From Catajapyx aquilonaris (lineage: Eukaryota), in the NCBI GenBank assembly GCA_000934665.2, contig KZ538166.1, positions 62,001 to 109,582 of the forward strand: a stretch of 47,582 bases of DNA. The letters run 5' to 3'. Numbering within the stretch: position 1 is the stretch's first letter; every line of letters begins with the position of its first letter. Below, in pieces: positions 23,632-37,800 of this stretch. The notes under the pieces were generated by a model. That model was not told the DNA's origin. It searched no databases and saw only the letters and a program-made list of their open reading frames with translations. The translations under genes and the position numbers were made by a program.

Positions 23632-26600
23632 GAGTACCTTACACGTTCGGAGCAGTGACATCTGTCGTTTCGCCAACTCATCCTCACTCGAAATTGCCAT
23701 CGCAAGACACACCACTTCCACTATTAATGATGATAAATCGACCTGTTTTTTTTTGTTCTTGTACATCCCTCATCTAAAATTGTGCCAACTTTTACCACAA
23801 AAAAGAAAGAATAGAGAAACCCTCACTCAATGCGGGGTGTCTTGACGACAGCTCCTTCATCATTCATTCAACAGGGGCCGGGTAAATTCCCTAACCCTTC
23901 CTCCTCCTCCCTACTGCCCACACTTTCCTCAAAGTTAAATAGGCTTATCTGGTGTCTGGCGCCGAAAGAAGAAATTATCACTCTTCCAGTGGGTTAAGAC
24001 TTGCTCCCTGGTGCTATCAAACTTTCTTGGAATATTGAGGGAAAGGCATCCCAGACGGTAGAGCTCCCTGTTTAATTAGGCATTTGACGAGACAGTGGAA
24101 GAGGAGGAGGTGGTGGTTGTGGGGGAAGGAAGAGGGAGGCTTTACCCCTGAGAGAGAGTTACCCTTTAACCTTGTTAAGAAGCAACGTGCCCTTGCATCG
24201 CTAGCTTCTAGTCTGGTGATTAATAGTTCAGCTCTATGCGGAGTCGGCTTCGCCTTGCCACAGGGAGTAAAATAAACATGGGTCTAGCGGATAAATCAAG
24301 GCTGGCACACATACAAGGGGGGGACGGGGGGNNNNNNNNNNNNNNNNNNNNGGGGGGGGGGAGGATATTATTTAGATGAGTTAGGATGTAACGTTTGATA
24401 TGACGGGTGTGATGAAATGCGCGTTTATATATCCCCCCGCCCCCCCTGCTTTGATTTGATTTTAGTTCATATGTCAATCTCGCGGTGTGTTATTATTGTT
24501 CCTGATATTATTGTTGGAATTGTAACTGTTTTTGCTTCAAATTTATGAGTGCAGATGTGTCAAATTGTGCGAGGTATTGGCACGCCGGGCAGGTGAATTC
24601 ACCGCTTTGCAGATGTAGTATGCGTACAAATATTGGACATGCAGAGTGTTCTAATAAAAATGCCCGTATTGACGTTTTTGGCACGAAGCTGCTTATTTTA
24701 GTAGTTACTTTTCTGGTTATGAAAGTTATTACCTTCTAATGTTATACTGAATTAAAACATTTATCTACGTTCTGAATTGCTATGAACTTTCTAAAGTAGA
24801 ATTGCCCTTTGTAACACCGAATACCGAACACTTAATGTCAATACAGAAATAGAAACGATTTTTTTCCAGCCAGACCTCATTTACAAGCGTTAAAAATAAC
24901 GGATCCGTGCAACCTGATATTATCTCTAAATACTTTGCCCTACAAACGTAACACATATTCAAAAGTAACCGCTTCAAAATAAACAGGTTAGCGCCAAAAA
25001 TGTGCTAACTAAGACTTAGTTTTAAAGTATTAATTACTTCCTAGAGAATGTGGTCATGTTACTCGTGTGCTTTTTGAAGTAATGGAATTAATTTATGGCT
25101 GGATTGCAACAGTTTGCTACGAAAAAGGCAAAAACCATGCAGAATTATTAGCGTTCTGCCGCATTAAAACATGTACGAACGTAAGCCAACCTCAAGTATA
25201 ATTATGTGAAAAATCTCTAAAATGATCCTAAATAAAGTAGGTTCAGTGGCCACTAAAAACTTATTTGCTGATCAATTTGAAATAATTGTGCTTGTAAAAA
25301 TATCGGCTTTATTATCAAAGTGCAAATCAATAGCTTACATCGTTTCGGAAATGTTAATAACTAATTACTATTAGTAATATATTAATTGCAACCAGAAAAT
25401 AATGGAATGTAGCTTTGCTGTTGAAGGACAAAATGGCTTGCTTTGAAATCAAGATTTTATCGAGAGGCTGCATTATTACTAGCATTATATGTGGAAGTCT
25501 CATCATGATTTTTTTCCAAGCTCTAATGGGAAACAACTCTAATGTAAACAGCGTGGGTATTGTTGCTGATCCATGGCAGCGGCAAGCTGTTATTCAAACC
25601 ATATTCCCACCAAATTCACTGTATTCACTGTGTATATGTTGCCGAGAGAGCACAACAAGGGCGTCTTGTTGCCCCTGCCACGCGAACCGATCAGACGAGT
25701 GCTAGGACCACAGTATTAATGAAGGAGGTGGGAAATATGAAAGCCATGATGGTTGCTGCAGTCCGTTAACCCAAAGAACGACACTTCGTCAAGCAACGGT
25801 GAAGGCATTCGAATTTGGCTGGCAGCAGTATCAAGGCACCCGATTGTTTGTGACGCAATATTGCCAACCGTCGCGTTGGGAGGCCCGCCCGCCATACCCC
25901 GACCGCTTTGTTAAGGTGCGGATAAACAATAGTTTATCCAAAATAATTATTACGGATTGCTTACTTTAGCACCAGTTTTATAGAGAACAACTTGTTGCAG
26001 CAACACTCAGGGAAATATCAATTTGTCGTGAATATTTCTTCGCTTGAAACTCGTTTCTGGGTTTAAAATCCACAAGTTCTTTCCTTAGCATTTTAATCTT
26101 GAACTGGGGCTTGGCCACGTCCTGTATAATGTAACTGAGGCTATCCTCAATGAGGACAGATATTCCGGAATCACAAATTAAAGTGGATCTCGTGAAGACT
26201 GTAGCCCCATTTATGAGTAAGAAATGCATCAATATTAAATGGTATTCAAATCTCATGAATAGAGTTTTAAAAATATAATAGTTCAAAGTGGCCCGAAAAA
26301 TCCCGAAAAGGTCTGGTAAAGAAAGATGCCAATATACTGTATAGTATAGGTACTAAAATCGTGATGTGATCGTATGTATAGGCTCTGTAAAACCTATAAT
26401 TTGGCCCTGAATTAACTGGCTAGCTGTGTTGACGTTTTCATACTAACCAGGAACCCTAACAAGGAACAAACAAGGATGAGGGCCTCTAAAAATGGAATCT
26501 CTACATGTGACATTGTGCTATTGGCTATCTTCTCGCTGTAAAATGAAGTATAAGTATAATTCTATATATACGCCACTCTGCACGAAAGTGAGGAAATAGG

Positions 26601-29600
26601 AATTTATTAAGGTTTCATTCTACCTAAAAGCTCAAGTTTGTCCATAATACCATATTGTTCGCATATCCGCTTGCCTCAAATAACCGTAAAGATTGAATCC
26701 CACGTATAATTCGACCACTCTTCACAAAAATGAGGAAATTGGAATTTACAAAGGTATCCCTCTTCTGCTTTCTTGTGCAGGTTTCCGGCTTGTGTCGTCC
26801 ATAATTGCCCATGTTCTCTTTTTGGACCACCTATAGACCTTTTTCCTTTCCTCCCTACCCCCCTCCCTATCCCCTCTTCAAACCCTCCTTCTCCGAATCT
26901 TCTCTCCCGGACTTGCCCCGAAACTCAAAAACGTGGTGCGCATCAGAATGCTGATTGCCTGGTGATCGTGGGGAATCTCTTCCCAAAGGAAGGAACCCCC
27001 CGAAAAACGGATGGGAAGGCGAACGAGGGAAAAACAACAAAAATAGCAAAACCCACACAAAAAAAGTGAGCTCCGAAAGAACAGCGCCGAGAATTGGGTA
27101 TATTTCATGTATATTAGCAATTAGGGATTTCATTTTGGGAGAGGCACGAGTCCCTTTGGCATGCCCTTTCATCTTGAAAACACAAGGAAACAGGCTTTTA
27201 AGAAGACCCTGGAGATGGCCACCACACCAGTTTTGTTCCTTTATTAACTGAGGGGGCGGGCCCCATGTCCTCCCCTAGAGTGAAAGCTTTAATAGGCGAG
27301 ATTGGCGAATTAGAGACGAGCCAGAATGGCAACAAGCGGACGGTGTAACGCTTTAAAAGTCCTACAGTGGACCCCCACTTTTTTCCCATACGCTCTTGAT
27401 TACCCGGCTGGTTATAGAAGGCATGGGGTGGGTAACCACCTTTTTTTAACCAGTCTGTACTTCCCTACCTGTCTCTTTTTTCTACCTTTTTTATGTAGGC
27501 GACTCCAGCTCGTGTACTTAAAATTACCGAGGGGGTTTCGTAGGTACATGAGTAATCAGTGGAACGTGGGAGTTGTAGGTCCCCGAAGGCTGTTTTGCTT
27601 GTCACGCCACAACGGTTTAATAAAATGTGACCCCTACTATTTCTCTGGGTGGGAAATTACGAGAACCCCCTCCCTCCCCCTGCCCTCCAAACCCTCTCAG
27701 TTTCTAAAGGAGAGCTGCACTTCCATTGAGGTTCCAATCACTACTGGGACGTGCAGGAACGGTTTGAGCTTGCGTTTATCTCCCTCCCCCCACCCCCTTG
27801 CCCCTACCTCAAAGAAAACAGGATTAGGGTTCGGATGGGGGGGGGGGGGAGGCGTTGGAGATACATTGAAAACACTCGCTCTCAGGAACCGTTTGCTTAC
27901 CCATAATTTCTGGGGATGGGGAAGTTTTCGGTTCCTAAGGTTGCGTTTGGTCATTAATGGAACCGTTCAGATTGTCTCTAGGTGTGAAATTGAAGGCTTT
28001 GGTACTAACTTGGAGGGTAGAGCAAGCGCTTAATCCTAACTTGTTTTCAAGGGGGGGTAGCGTTGGTAAGCTTAAGATTTGCAATCCAGGCTGTCAAAGA
28101 GGGGGGTGTTGATCAAGCCGATAATTCCTAATCTGTGTGCATAACATGACGTGAAACAAAATGATGGGTGTAATAACAGTGGTAGACGTAATATACATTC
28201 CATATTCTTTCTTCTGAGGGAGGGAAACATGTCGAGGGAAAACGGCCGTATTTATTGCTGCATAAAATGTAAATAATGTGTGTTCGTAAAATTGCCCCTG
28301 TATATTAACCCAACGACCTCATAATCTTCCGTTTTTTTGTTACGAATGGTTAGTGCGCATTTTTATCATTTTTGGCCAGGCTATTTTATTACGGTGTATG
28401 ACACATCATGTGGTATTAAATTGCAAATGTGGCATATATTTTGTAATATTCTTGCAAGGAACTTGGCAATCGTTTTTGCAACACGCCCGCTAGGAGCAAT
28501 TTACATTTTTGCACTTTGCGCGTATATTGTACGGTATATATAGAAGGTATACTACTAGTTGTTCCGCTCCGTTTGCTTTGCAGCGAAACGAATTATTTTT
28601 CTGAGATTTTTCCCCCCAAAAATGGAAAACCTTGATGAGAGCACCGGTATTGTCAGGCTTCAGAACTTCCCTCGGAAAATTCAAGTTTTTTTCCCTTATG
28701 TTATTGTGGCTTCTGGTTAAGTTGTCAGTTTCATATGACTTGAATTTGGATGAGTCTGGTTTCGCTTGTTGTTCATAGCATTTGTAAAACTTGTGGCGAA
28801 ACCTCATGTTTCACTTAATTAACACGGTTCCCAGCCTTTATATTCTATGAAACTTACCCAAACACAGATTTACGACCCCCAAAAAATTGCGGCTCCTATC
28901 AATAATCAAATAAGGTGGCAAAGTGGCAGAAGTCAGGCAGACGATGTCGCACCTGATCTTCGGATATGGTGCAAACTAGACACGTCTTCAATTACACTCA
29001 ACTACGCAGCCTTATTGAATAAAAGCCAAGGGGGAAGGAGGCCGTAACCCCCCTGCCGCCACGAAAATGCTCACCTTCTCTTCTCCTCATTTTCCGCTTA
29101 ATGACAGACATTAATCAATGAGAAGGCCTCGTTTCCCCCTTGAGGCGATTTTCAAACCATCTTGGCAATGAAGTGCATCAAGGTGATTCAATCATGTCGT
29201 CTCCTTGACGACCCAGAAATGAGCGATAGTGTATCGCAATGGATGAACGATTACCGTTAACGTTCCGTTACCGTTGGCGGTGATGTCCGCCGCCCGATGG
29301 CTGATTCTACGGTTGTGTTATCAGAATGGCTGTAGGGACTAGGAGTGTAATACGTTGTACGAGCGTAATACTTTGTAGATAAAGTGGGCAAATGCAGGAA
29401 GTGGCATGGGCTTTTTCCGTACCTGCGATGTTATGCGGGTCTGGGAGGCCGATGATGCGCTGACCTCATTAGGCAGCCATTTTGTGGAGGTGCTACTTCA
29501 GCCCTTTCGCATCATGAATAAATATTAGCGATGGTATAAACTGGCTAGTTGAAGTGGCGCATACTGATGGCACAGGACCAATCAGCAAACTGTTAGGGGG

Positions 29601-29860
29601 ATTAAGCATCGATGAGTTTTTGGTGAAGTCTATGGCCAGGTGTTATTTTTGCGAGTGTGTGAACCCCGGAGGGTTGTGTATGTGCGCAGTTTTAAATTGT
29701 GATCTTGCCATGTGTGCCGCTGTGCTTGTCACATTAATAGCATGAATCGCGGCAAGTGTGGCAGCTCGCGCACTAAACTGTTCCCGGTGTGAAAGGAACT
29801 ACCGGTAATTTGGTGGGGGCCAGTTGCACCAGTCACTAATGTGTCAGCTGCTCCCCTTTC

Positions 29861-29912
29861 AGGGGGGAGAGAGGGGTAGGAGGGGAGGGGAGGGGAAGGG
29901 AGGGAGGGGGGA
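29861..29912 (+). repeat. G/A polypurine tract (G-quadruplex or triplex prone)
   Basis: Nearly pure purine run with several G3+ tracts. Confidence 0.8.
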
Positions 29913-31148
29913 ACGGGTGAACACTATTGATTAGAGATGTGAGGATAAAATAGGTCCATTTTCCTATACATGTGCATCAAACTTATTTTTCTCCATATTT
30001 GATGCCATTGCATGTTGCTTTTGCCTTTTCATGTTTGCTTTATCCAGATGGATGAAATGCAGCGCATTTTGCATGCATGCTCTGTATACATGAGTTGTCC
30101 TTTTCCCTCCAAAATGGGTAAGCTCCATAGAAACGGACTGTTTCCCTGCATATTATAACAATTTAGCAGATTTTGCATATTTACCAGAGGTAATAGAGGC
30201 CACCACTAACCAGTGAAAAAATTTAAAATGTGTGATAGATATGTGCATATTTTATGTTCGCTTGCTCTTATATGATTGGGTAGTGCATTTTACTTTGAAG
30301 GACTAGCGCACGGGCCTTCATCATTTACCAAGTGTAATTTGGGAAGGGGGAAGGTTCCAATATATTTTCTTTTGGTACTAGACAGAGAAGGGAATTAAGT
30401 CTGCACAGCCATGTTGGTAGAAAAGAGGAAGAGGCAAGACCGTGGGCCAGACTAAACTAAGGTGGACTGTGAGCAACATAAATTATTCTACATACAAGCT
30501 TGTTAATTAAGCTACATACACCATGTCTAGTACTTCACGACAAACTGACACGTTCTTTCGTACATCCTGCGAATTCCACTACCTGCTGCACATGTGGCGC
30601 AGGTAGTGGCACTCACAGGATAGGAAATAGTGTTCGCCGATAGTACAGCACACATCTGACGGAGTGAGATCATCATAAGGGTACAGAGTCTTACATCGAC
30701 ATCTCTAGAAAATGAAGGAAAAATATGCATTATTGGGCCCCGTCCTCAAGACTCGTCAGGATCCACCTCTTGAACAGTCCTTTGACAACATGGGGGTTCT
30801 TGATAGGGTTGATTTTGCTGGAGAATGTACACATCCTTCCATCTTGTCACAACCTGGAACCGAAAATGCATCGGAGGCGACAGCTTTTACTCTCAAGAAG
30901 AGAAGCGCACTATCTTAGTGGCAAAGATAGCTGGAGACGCGTGTCAGCCTGAAGACCCCCTCCCTCCCCCTGCCCCCCCTTCCTTAGTCCCCGCCTGCTC
31001 CGCTCTACATAAATCTCACGTGTTCTGACACCATAATGGAGTGGTAATGTTGGAGGCAATCTCATTTCTGCAGGTGGCCTCTCCCACTTCATCATCCTAA
31101 ATTACGCGTTAAAAATAATTTACTTACACTAATCTGTTGTGTTCCCAG

Positions 31149-31299
31149 ACTGACGGCACTTACGAGACGCAGAGTCGACTCACGTTCAACGTGACCCGCT
31201 TCGAGAACAGGCAGACCATCGCATGCGAGGCGACCAATCAGGTGATGCGGGAGAGTGAAGAGGAGCCAATGAGGAGCTCCGTTACACTGACAGTGTTCT
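31149..31299 (+). CDS. nrm: Internal coding exon (phase 0 to phase 1), C-terminal half of the same Ig domain
   Basis: Branch-like CTAAT and TGTTGTGTTCCCAG acceptor end at 31148; donor T|GTGAGT at 31299/31300. The 151 nt read TDGTYETQSRLTFNVTRFENRQTIACEATNQVMRESEEEPMRSSVTLTVF, with the F-strand Cys. Phase matches the 9617 donor. Resembles recalled nrm DGT..TQS.L.F..TRFEN...CEA.N.V. Absent from the ORF track because it is short. Confidence 0.9.
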
Positions 31300-31806
31300 G
31301 TGAGTAGAGAGCTTTTGGGGATGGGGCCCTCCGCATTTATTTAATGTTTTGCTTTGTTTGTGCCTTGCCATAATGCTGAGGTGTGTAAGTAGCCTAAGTG
31401 CAATTTTACGGACAAAGGTTTGTTGTGGCACTATTTAGTAATGTTAGTTGCATTTAATGATCTTGAAGACGCCCTTCTACAACCTGCTAGAGGTGACCAC
31501 TTTCAGGAAATCGCGTACAGAGTCACTGGGAAACCAGGATGTCATCACACGGTTCAATTAGTGGATAGAAGACACTTGCTATGGAAGTGGTTAGTCCCTT
31601 AGGAAGGTCTGTCTACAGTATTCAAATAGTATTTCATGGCGTCTATAGTCATATTTTGAGAGTCCAGGGAAAAATTTGCATCAAAGGAAGAAATACCAGG
31701 TGCTCATAAAATCTAGTGTTGCGAGTAGAGAATTAGTAACAGGATGCAATCAAAGGGTTCTGATTTTTTCGAGCAGCTAAAAGATGTATGACGGCGGTTG
31801 ATATGG

Positions 31807-31829
31807 TACAGTACGGTACGGTACGGTAC
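31807..31829 (+). repeat. Short (GTACG)n pentanucleotide repeat
   Basis: TACAGTACGGTACGGTACGGTAC. Confidence 0.7.
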
Positions 31830-34800
31830 ACTGTCATTTTGTTCGCGTGAAGGGACATAACTTGGATGAACATTATTTGATGTAATGTATATTACATTGG
31901 AATATGTAGCATAATGATGATATGACGCCTGAAATGCGTTTGAATTTAGAATTGAAAATTCTTAACATTGCCTACGCTTTTATCATGATTTTGCAAGTCA
32001 ATATGTGATGATAAATATAATTTCAAGAAAGGAGAACACTTCCAATGATATATCTTTGTGAGCCTCTCTCAAAATAATTCTGCATTTCCATCCCAGTATT
32101 ACGCATTTAATTGCACACTACACTATTCTGTCAGTTGACCAACAGGAGTTTAGTAACTTAAAAGACCCGTTACATGACACATATGGGAAGAACACGGCTG
32201 AACTGAGGTCTGTGTCACTCTTCCCATGTCTTCTAAAATCAGTGCAATTTTTTATCATTATTTTTGGAGGTAGGTGAGTGGGAGGGTGCGGGAGAGAAAT
32301 GGGGCGGTTGTTACGGAATCCCCAACTGGTGTTCTTTCAGCCTACAGCGTTTTCCCATTTCGCTCCAATTCACCGTAATGCCCCAATCTGGACCAGGCCG
32401 CTCCATCATTCGGCCAAAGGTAAGTGACGCCCCCGATCCGTCTTCGTCATTGGATCTGCCACAGGTGTGCACTGCTCGCCCTCCCTATCCCACCCCCTGC
32501 CACCCTCTCGGTTTCGTCCTGCTGCAAACGGAAAAATCCTATCCTTGTCATTTGGACAGTCTCAAGACATCTCGGAAGGAAAATCTTCAGATAGGATTTA
32601 CTATCCCTATCTTCCCATCTCTCTCTAAAAGAAGTAGTAAAACTGAGATTTTTACGTCTCTCCTGATTGAGCAGAGACGCTTCTATTTTGGGAGATGGCG
32701 TATTTCCTGGTGAATCGGTTAGATCTTCTTAAAATAATAAAATATAGTTAAGAACTAGTAATTTTAAATTAGGAATAGAAGACTGTGCCATGATGCACAG
32801 AATATCTCAGAAGCATCAGTACAGTACTGTACATAATATATTTTGCACAGCGGAATATCCAAAGAAAGGAATGCACATGAGTATCAAATGATGAGTAGCC
32901 ACCTAGTCACGCTATCTGTCAGCGACCAGTTATGTGAAACAAGGTAGCAAATATCAAAGTCAAAAACACAAGATGTGTCCATACAATATTAAAATCCACT
33001 GTTTTCCTGACTGTTCAGGGCTACACTCATGCCTCCCATTCTCGGCGGGCTGCCTCGCAATCAGGATAAGGTGAAAATATTGTGATTTTCCTTTTAATTA
33101 CTGTACAACCAGTAAGTCACTATTTTGTAAGCTGTAATTTATGTTTTTTCCACTTCATATTATTACTTGTTAATCCTTATTTGCCCACATCGATCGAACC
33201 ACAAGTTTATAAAAGCCCTTTAGAGCACTGTTAAGCAGCAACTCGTAAGAATACGCATCCCACCTGCTAACCAATAATTCTGCTTGCAAATGACTGACCC
33301 CAGGCCAAACAATTTGTCCATCAGTTCCGTAACTCCCAAGATTTGGCCAATTCCCACCCGATAGCCGAACCACATCCCCAGATTCTTCCTACACTGATCC
33401 CCCTTTTTTGTCATATATACAGAAAGGGGGGGATGGTCTCCGGGAAGTCGGAAACGAGGTAGTTGTAAGCAGTTTTGCGGCAAATACTGCATAAAAAAGT
33501 AGGCCTGGGCCACAGGCAAAATCCGGATTGAGTGGAGGCGGGCTGGCGAGCGTACGTTACGTCTTGCAGCGGGCGGGCACGGACGGGGGCCCAGGGTGGG
33601 ACGGTTTTCTCGGTGGGTGGGATGGAGGGTTTACAGTGATGGATCCGCTACTTGCGCCCGGGGGAACGGTAGTAAATAAAGTCGCAAATCCCTCGGTTGG
33701 GGCCGATTGGTTTCCAAAGGGGGTCATTTCGTCGGGGCAGAGAAGCATTAGAAGAGCCGTAGCCACTTCCCATTATCAGACTGCTTGTCCCGTGCAGTCG
33801 GAGCCTGAAAAGCGCCTGTGCTAGACGACACTAGGAAATGACTAACCGGAGCCTCTTTTTTGGGGGGAGAGGGAAGGTCCGCCAATAACGGTCATGCTGG
33901 AGCTGAATTTTGAACGGGCTCTAGATAGGTGACTTTGCATCCTTCCGTGACCCGAGGAACCGGGGGCAAATGGGAAGAGACAGTGGTGAATTATCGTAGT
34001 GCGTGAAGAAGGTTCCTTTTTTTCCTAGTTCTGCTCTGCCTGGATCGATTTCTAGCAGGGGAAGTTTAAATGTGGACTCCGACTTGAAATTGGCCGCGTG
34101 TCCTGCATATATCTCGTTGATAATGCCCAGGACTGCATTCTGGAGGTACTGAATAAGGCAGAATGAACATGTGGAGTTGCACAGTGGCGTACTAGGTGGC
34201 TTCTTGGTCGCTCTGGACTCTCTTTGTCTTTTTTGGTATTTGCAATTTCTTTTTTGTTCTTTTGGTATGGCGGTATTTGCCGAGCTGAAATATTAATACA
34301 TCTACCTACAACGTAATTCGAATCTGACTTAGGTTCATGTGTTGGATTGGACTGAAATATTAACGTTTTATACCATAGTATAGCGACTTCTGTGTAATTT
34401 TTTATAATATGCATATGCTCGGCCGAAAAATGCAATGCCCGTCTTTAAAAATCTATCTGCAAGTCCATTTGTAATAGATTCCGGTGTCCCATCAGTTTTT
34501 GTTTCTCTGATGGAATCCTGTAAATAAGATTTTTTGCCACACGTCACATATTATTTCCATGTCGTCCTGGTTGCCCATTAGAAATTTTACGTGTTTGAAC
34601 TTCTCAGCAGTGTTCACGGAACAATGTATGAGACGAGAGCAGGTACTGGTGCGGGTGGGGAGAGAGGCGTGAAGCGATCGAGTGTGACACGTTGGCATAA
34701 ATATACTAGCCTTGAGCCAACCAGGCCTAGGGACAAAAACAATTTGACACTTGTCTGACTTTGCCATGTCATTCTCCTGAACATGTTACACTGCTTAAAA

Positions 34801-37800
34801 TGCAGGTCTTTCTAAATGTCATCTTCCCGGACTGTACCCTCAGGCCTATATCTGATGTTGGCGTTGTTTATGTACTAAATTGTCAAAATTAACATACGTA
34901 TTTGCCTGAAATTAAATTATGCGAATGATTCTAAAACTTAACATCAAGTGATGTGTCAATAAACACGTACCGTACACTCCATGCTGACATGTAATCTTTG
35001 CACTGCAAACTTAACTGCGAACTAGAAAACATCACTAGTACCAAGTGTTATATAGAAAAAAAGAACAGCAGAGAGGGGGGGACACCACTTTCTCAGAGAC
35101 TGGTCCAGGAGTACCACGAATGGGCTGTAAAAGCCAGCTTCTGGAGTGTGTGGCTTTGGAAAGGAAAGAGGAGGAAGGGGGCTTCCTGAAGCATAGTAAA
35201 AAAAAAGAAGGGAGGAAAAAGGATCTGTATAACCCGTGGGCAAGCTGCAGGTGTCACCAAGTAATCTCCCGACGAGGATGTGGGAGGCTCTTCTGTCTCC
35301 GCACGTTACGTCCAAGTGCCCCAGGAGGAAAAATGGAAATGTGAGTTGGGGTGGTAGAGGAAGAGGTAGATAACTAACTCGCAGGCTCAGGACTTACCGT
35401 GTTTTACTGCGTTCTTCCTTATTCAATAAAGTTGGGAAGTGAAAACTTGATTGTCCTGTCAGGAGACGGTGTTTCGTGGGAGGGATGGAGGAGGGACAGA
35501 ATTGGGGAAAGGAAGGTGCGAGGCTTTTCTAGAGAAGAGATGGAAAGGTGGTGGAATCGTTTTCTTGTAATAAAGCTTGCAGCTGCTGGCCAGAACAAAA
35601 ACAAGACGAGTTCGGACTCAGTTTTGCACACAGAGATGTAGCTTTTTCCATGGGATGTGAACTTGTGTGGGAAAATAATAATAAAAGACGGGGGTAAAAT
35701 GGTCTTCTCCTGGGATAGGGGGGAAGCCGTCCCGAAAATTGGAAATAAAGTAGCTCCTTTTCAAGAGCTCATCTTCGTTGCAACCCAGTGCGTACAAGGA
35801 ATGGCTTTTGCATGAATAAAACGAGCAGTAAAAGGTGACTATTTTGTAGTTACACGCGATGGTGCGGATCATTAAAGCAGTGTCAATGGGTTGTTGTTTT
35901 TTTGTAAAGGAAACAGAGTGTTGTTTTATTTTTCGGGTCTGACCAGATTCAAGGGTGGAAAGTAAATTAAGGGAGATATGTTAGAGTAACTCATATAATG
36001 TTACATTTGTCATTGTGATTTTTAACAATCATTTTCTTGCGACGATTCGCTGTCACATTTTTCCTCATGGGCAGTCGGTAGCCTGAAATTTGTATGCAAT
36101 TTATGGCAGCCTCCTGAAAGTTGTGTCGAAAAAGCTCCTCTAAACTGCTACCCTAACTTTCCACTTACTTAGGTACACACTTATTGCGTTGCACTTTGTG
36201 AGTGCACTCGAAACGGACCTATCATGGAAGGCCAGGACAAAGTAAACACTACCTCCTTCTGTATGTCAACACCATTTTTTGCCCCGAATTGAAACTTGGC
36301 CACCATTATCTGCCAAATAGTCTCGACCAAAACAAGAAGAATCCTCCGTACCTGTTGTGGGACTCCGCACTCCCTTTGAAAGCCAACTTGGACTTGTGCT
36401 TCTCAACATTGAAGGCACTCCCCTCCTCCCCTTTTCCTCTCCCCCTCCTACACCAGCCTCCTTTCTCTTTACCATCTCGAGGGTTCTCATTCTCTTCTCT
36501 GAGAACGGCGATAGACCTCTTTGTTGACTAAACCATCTCTTTCATTTGAAGATGTAATCTCGCTCACGGCGTGCACTCTCTGTATTTGTTTAGCCAGCGA
36601 GACAGGAGGGGCTTGGTGCTCATCGTTCACCGGTACACGACAAGAGAGGAAGCTACCCAAACAGGGCCATTCTGAAGCACTAGAATGGAGAACTGTTTTT
36701 GGTAGGAATCCCAGATGGCAAAAGTCCACAGTTTGAAACCATTATTGGCATGTGTTTTCGCGCCCTATTGCTGACGTTTACTGGTAGGCCCTGGGTATTG
36801 CCACTTGCTAAATGAGGCAGAGGCAATAAAAGCCTTTGAGGTGCTAGAATTGGCGTCTGGCGTGTCGTTATGCTTTCGCCTTACGAGGAAATATCTCAAT
36901 ACCAAAGAGCTCTTTGCCATGTTCAATCTCTAGTATCGTACTCTGTTAAGTTCATTCGGGACGTTTGCGATTGAATGGACTGAAACGTGAGGAACAAAAT
37001 AAAGAGGCGGGGCACTCCTTCGGGAAGGGTAGGCTATACACTATTTTTACTGCGTCTCTAAAAAATTATGTAGCAGGATACAAATTACTAGAATTGCCTG
37101 CAGGGCTGCCTGCAAAATATTTACGCGGTATTTTAGTTGCGGAAGGTCCTCTTTAACTCGTTACTTTGTGCATCCCTTGAGGCACAAGAAACACAAACAC
37201 AGAAACAACTACATGTACAAGAAAATAGAAACCCGAAGGATACGCCTGTAACGCAATGCAAATAAACTCCCTCCTCCTTTTCCCATCTCTGCCTACAGCA
37301 GTCTTCCTCTCTCGAGCTTTTCGCATCGAGGATTTTTGTTTACTACTATCATTTATAGTTCGTAAGCCTGAAGCGGCCGGTGTTACACGATATATTAGCG
37401 ATTATATACGAATGATGCCACAGTTTGGAAATTTAAACATTTGTACATTAGTAAAAATTGAGTTTATGCTGAGAATTAAAATTACATTTTTACTATAAAC
37501 TGCAAAGTGTTAATTCAATAATCCTTTGTTCATGTGTGTATGAACCTCTAGAATTCGTATTTGTAAGCCCAGGTTTGTTTGGCTAGTCGAGAGTGGATAA
37601 CTTCGGTTGTGTATCCACCCCCGCCCTTGTTCGGTTAGTGACGTTTCGCATTGTTAAAAAGTTTGTGAAGAGGAGGCAAAATTGAGAGTGTTTGTCATTT
37701 TGTAGTCCCAGCAGGGAGGAGGAAACTAGACAAAATGTAATATTTCCAGTGTTTACGCCATGCGGAGTCCCGGGAAAGTCAGTACTTACTTTTCTCATCA

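Larger units (their letters stand above)
9618..31148 (+). other. 21.5-kb phase-0 GT-AG intron splitting one Ig domain (split in two if the microexon is included)
   Basis: GTAAGC start and CCCAG end; the flanking exons join in frame as ...HLAVQ|TDGTY... Confidence 0.85.

Noticed and set aside
23502..23845. Gly/Pro-rich collagen-like ORFs
   Set aside because: Translations of the C-rich minisatellite.
27326..28033. Longest ORF (235 aa); also 7801-8415 (204 aa)
   Set aside because: No recognisable domain and composition driven by homopolymers; consistent with chance ORFs.
31074..31148. Alternative upstream acceptor for the 31149 exon
   Set aside because: Introduces an in-frame TAA; the 31148 acceptor has its own branch point.
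33528..33824. ORF with VANPS..DWF...TSHYQ, vaguely like the next nrm Ig domain
   Set aside because: No Cys before ANP, wrong spacing and no suitable acceptor; likely coincidence.
37299..37361. 63-nt symmetric pseudo-exon after a pyrimidine tract and CAGCAG
   Set aside because: Weak donor context (TTC|GTAAGC), no clear branch point and no family resemblance.
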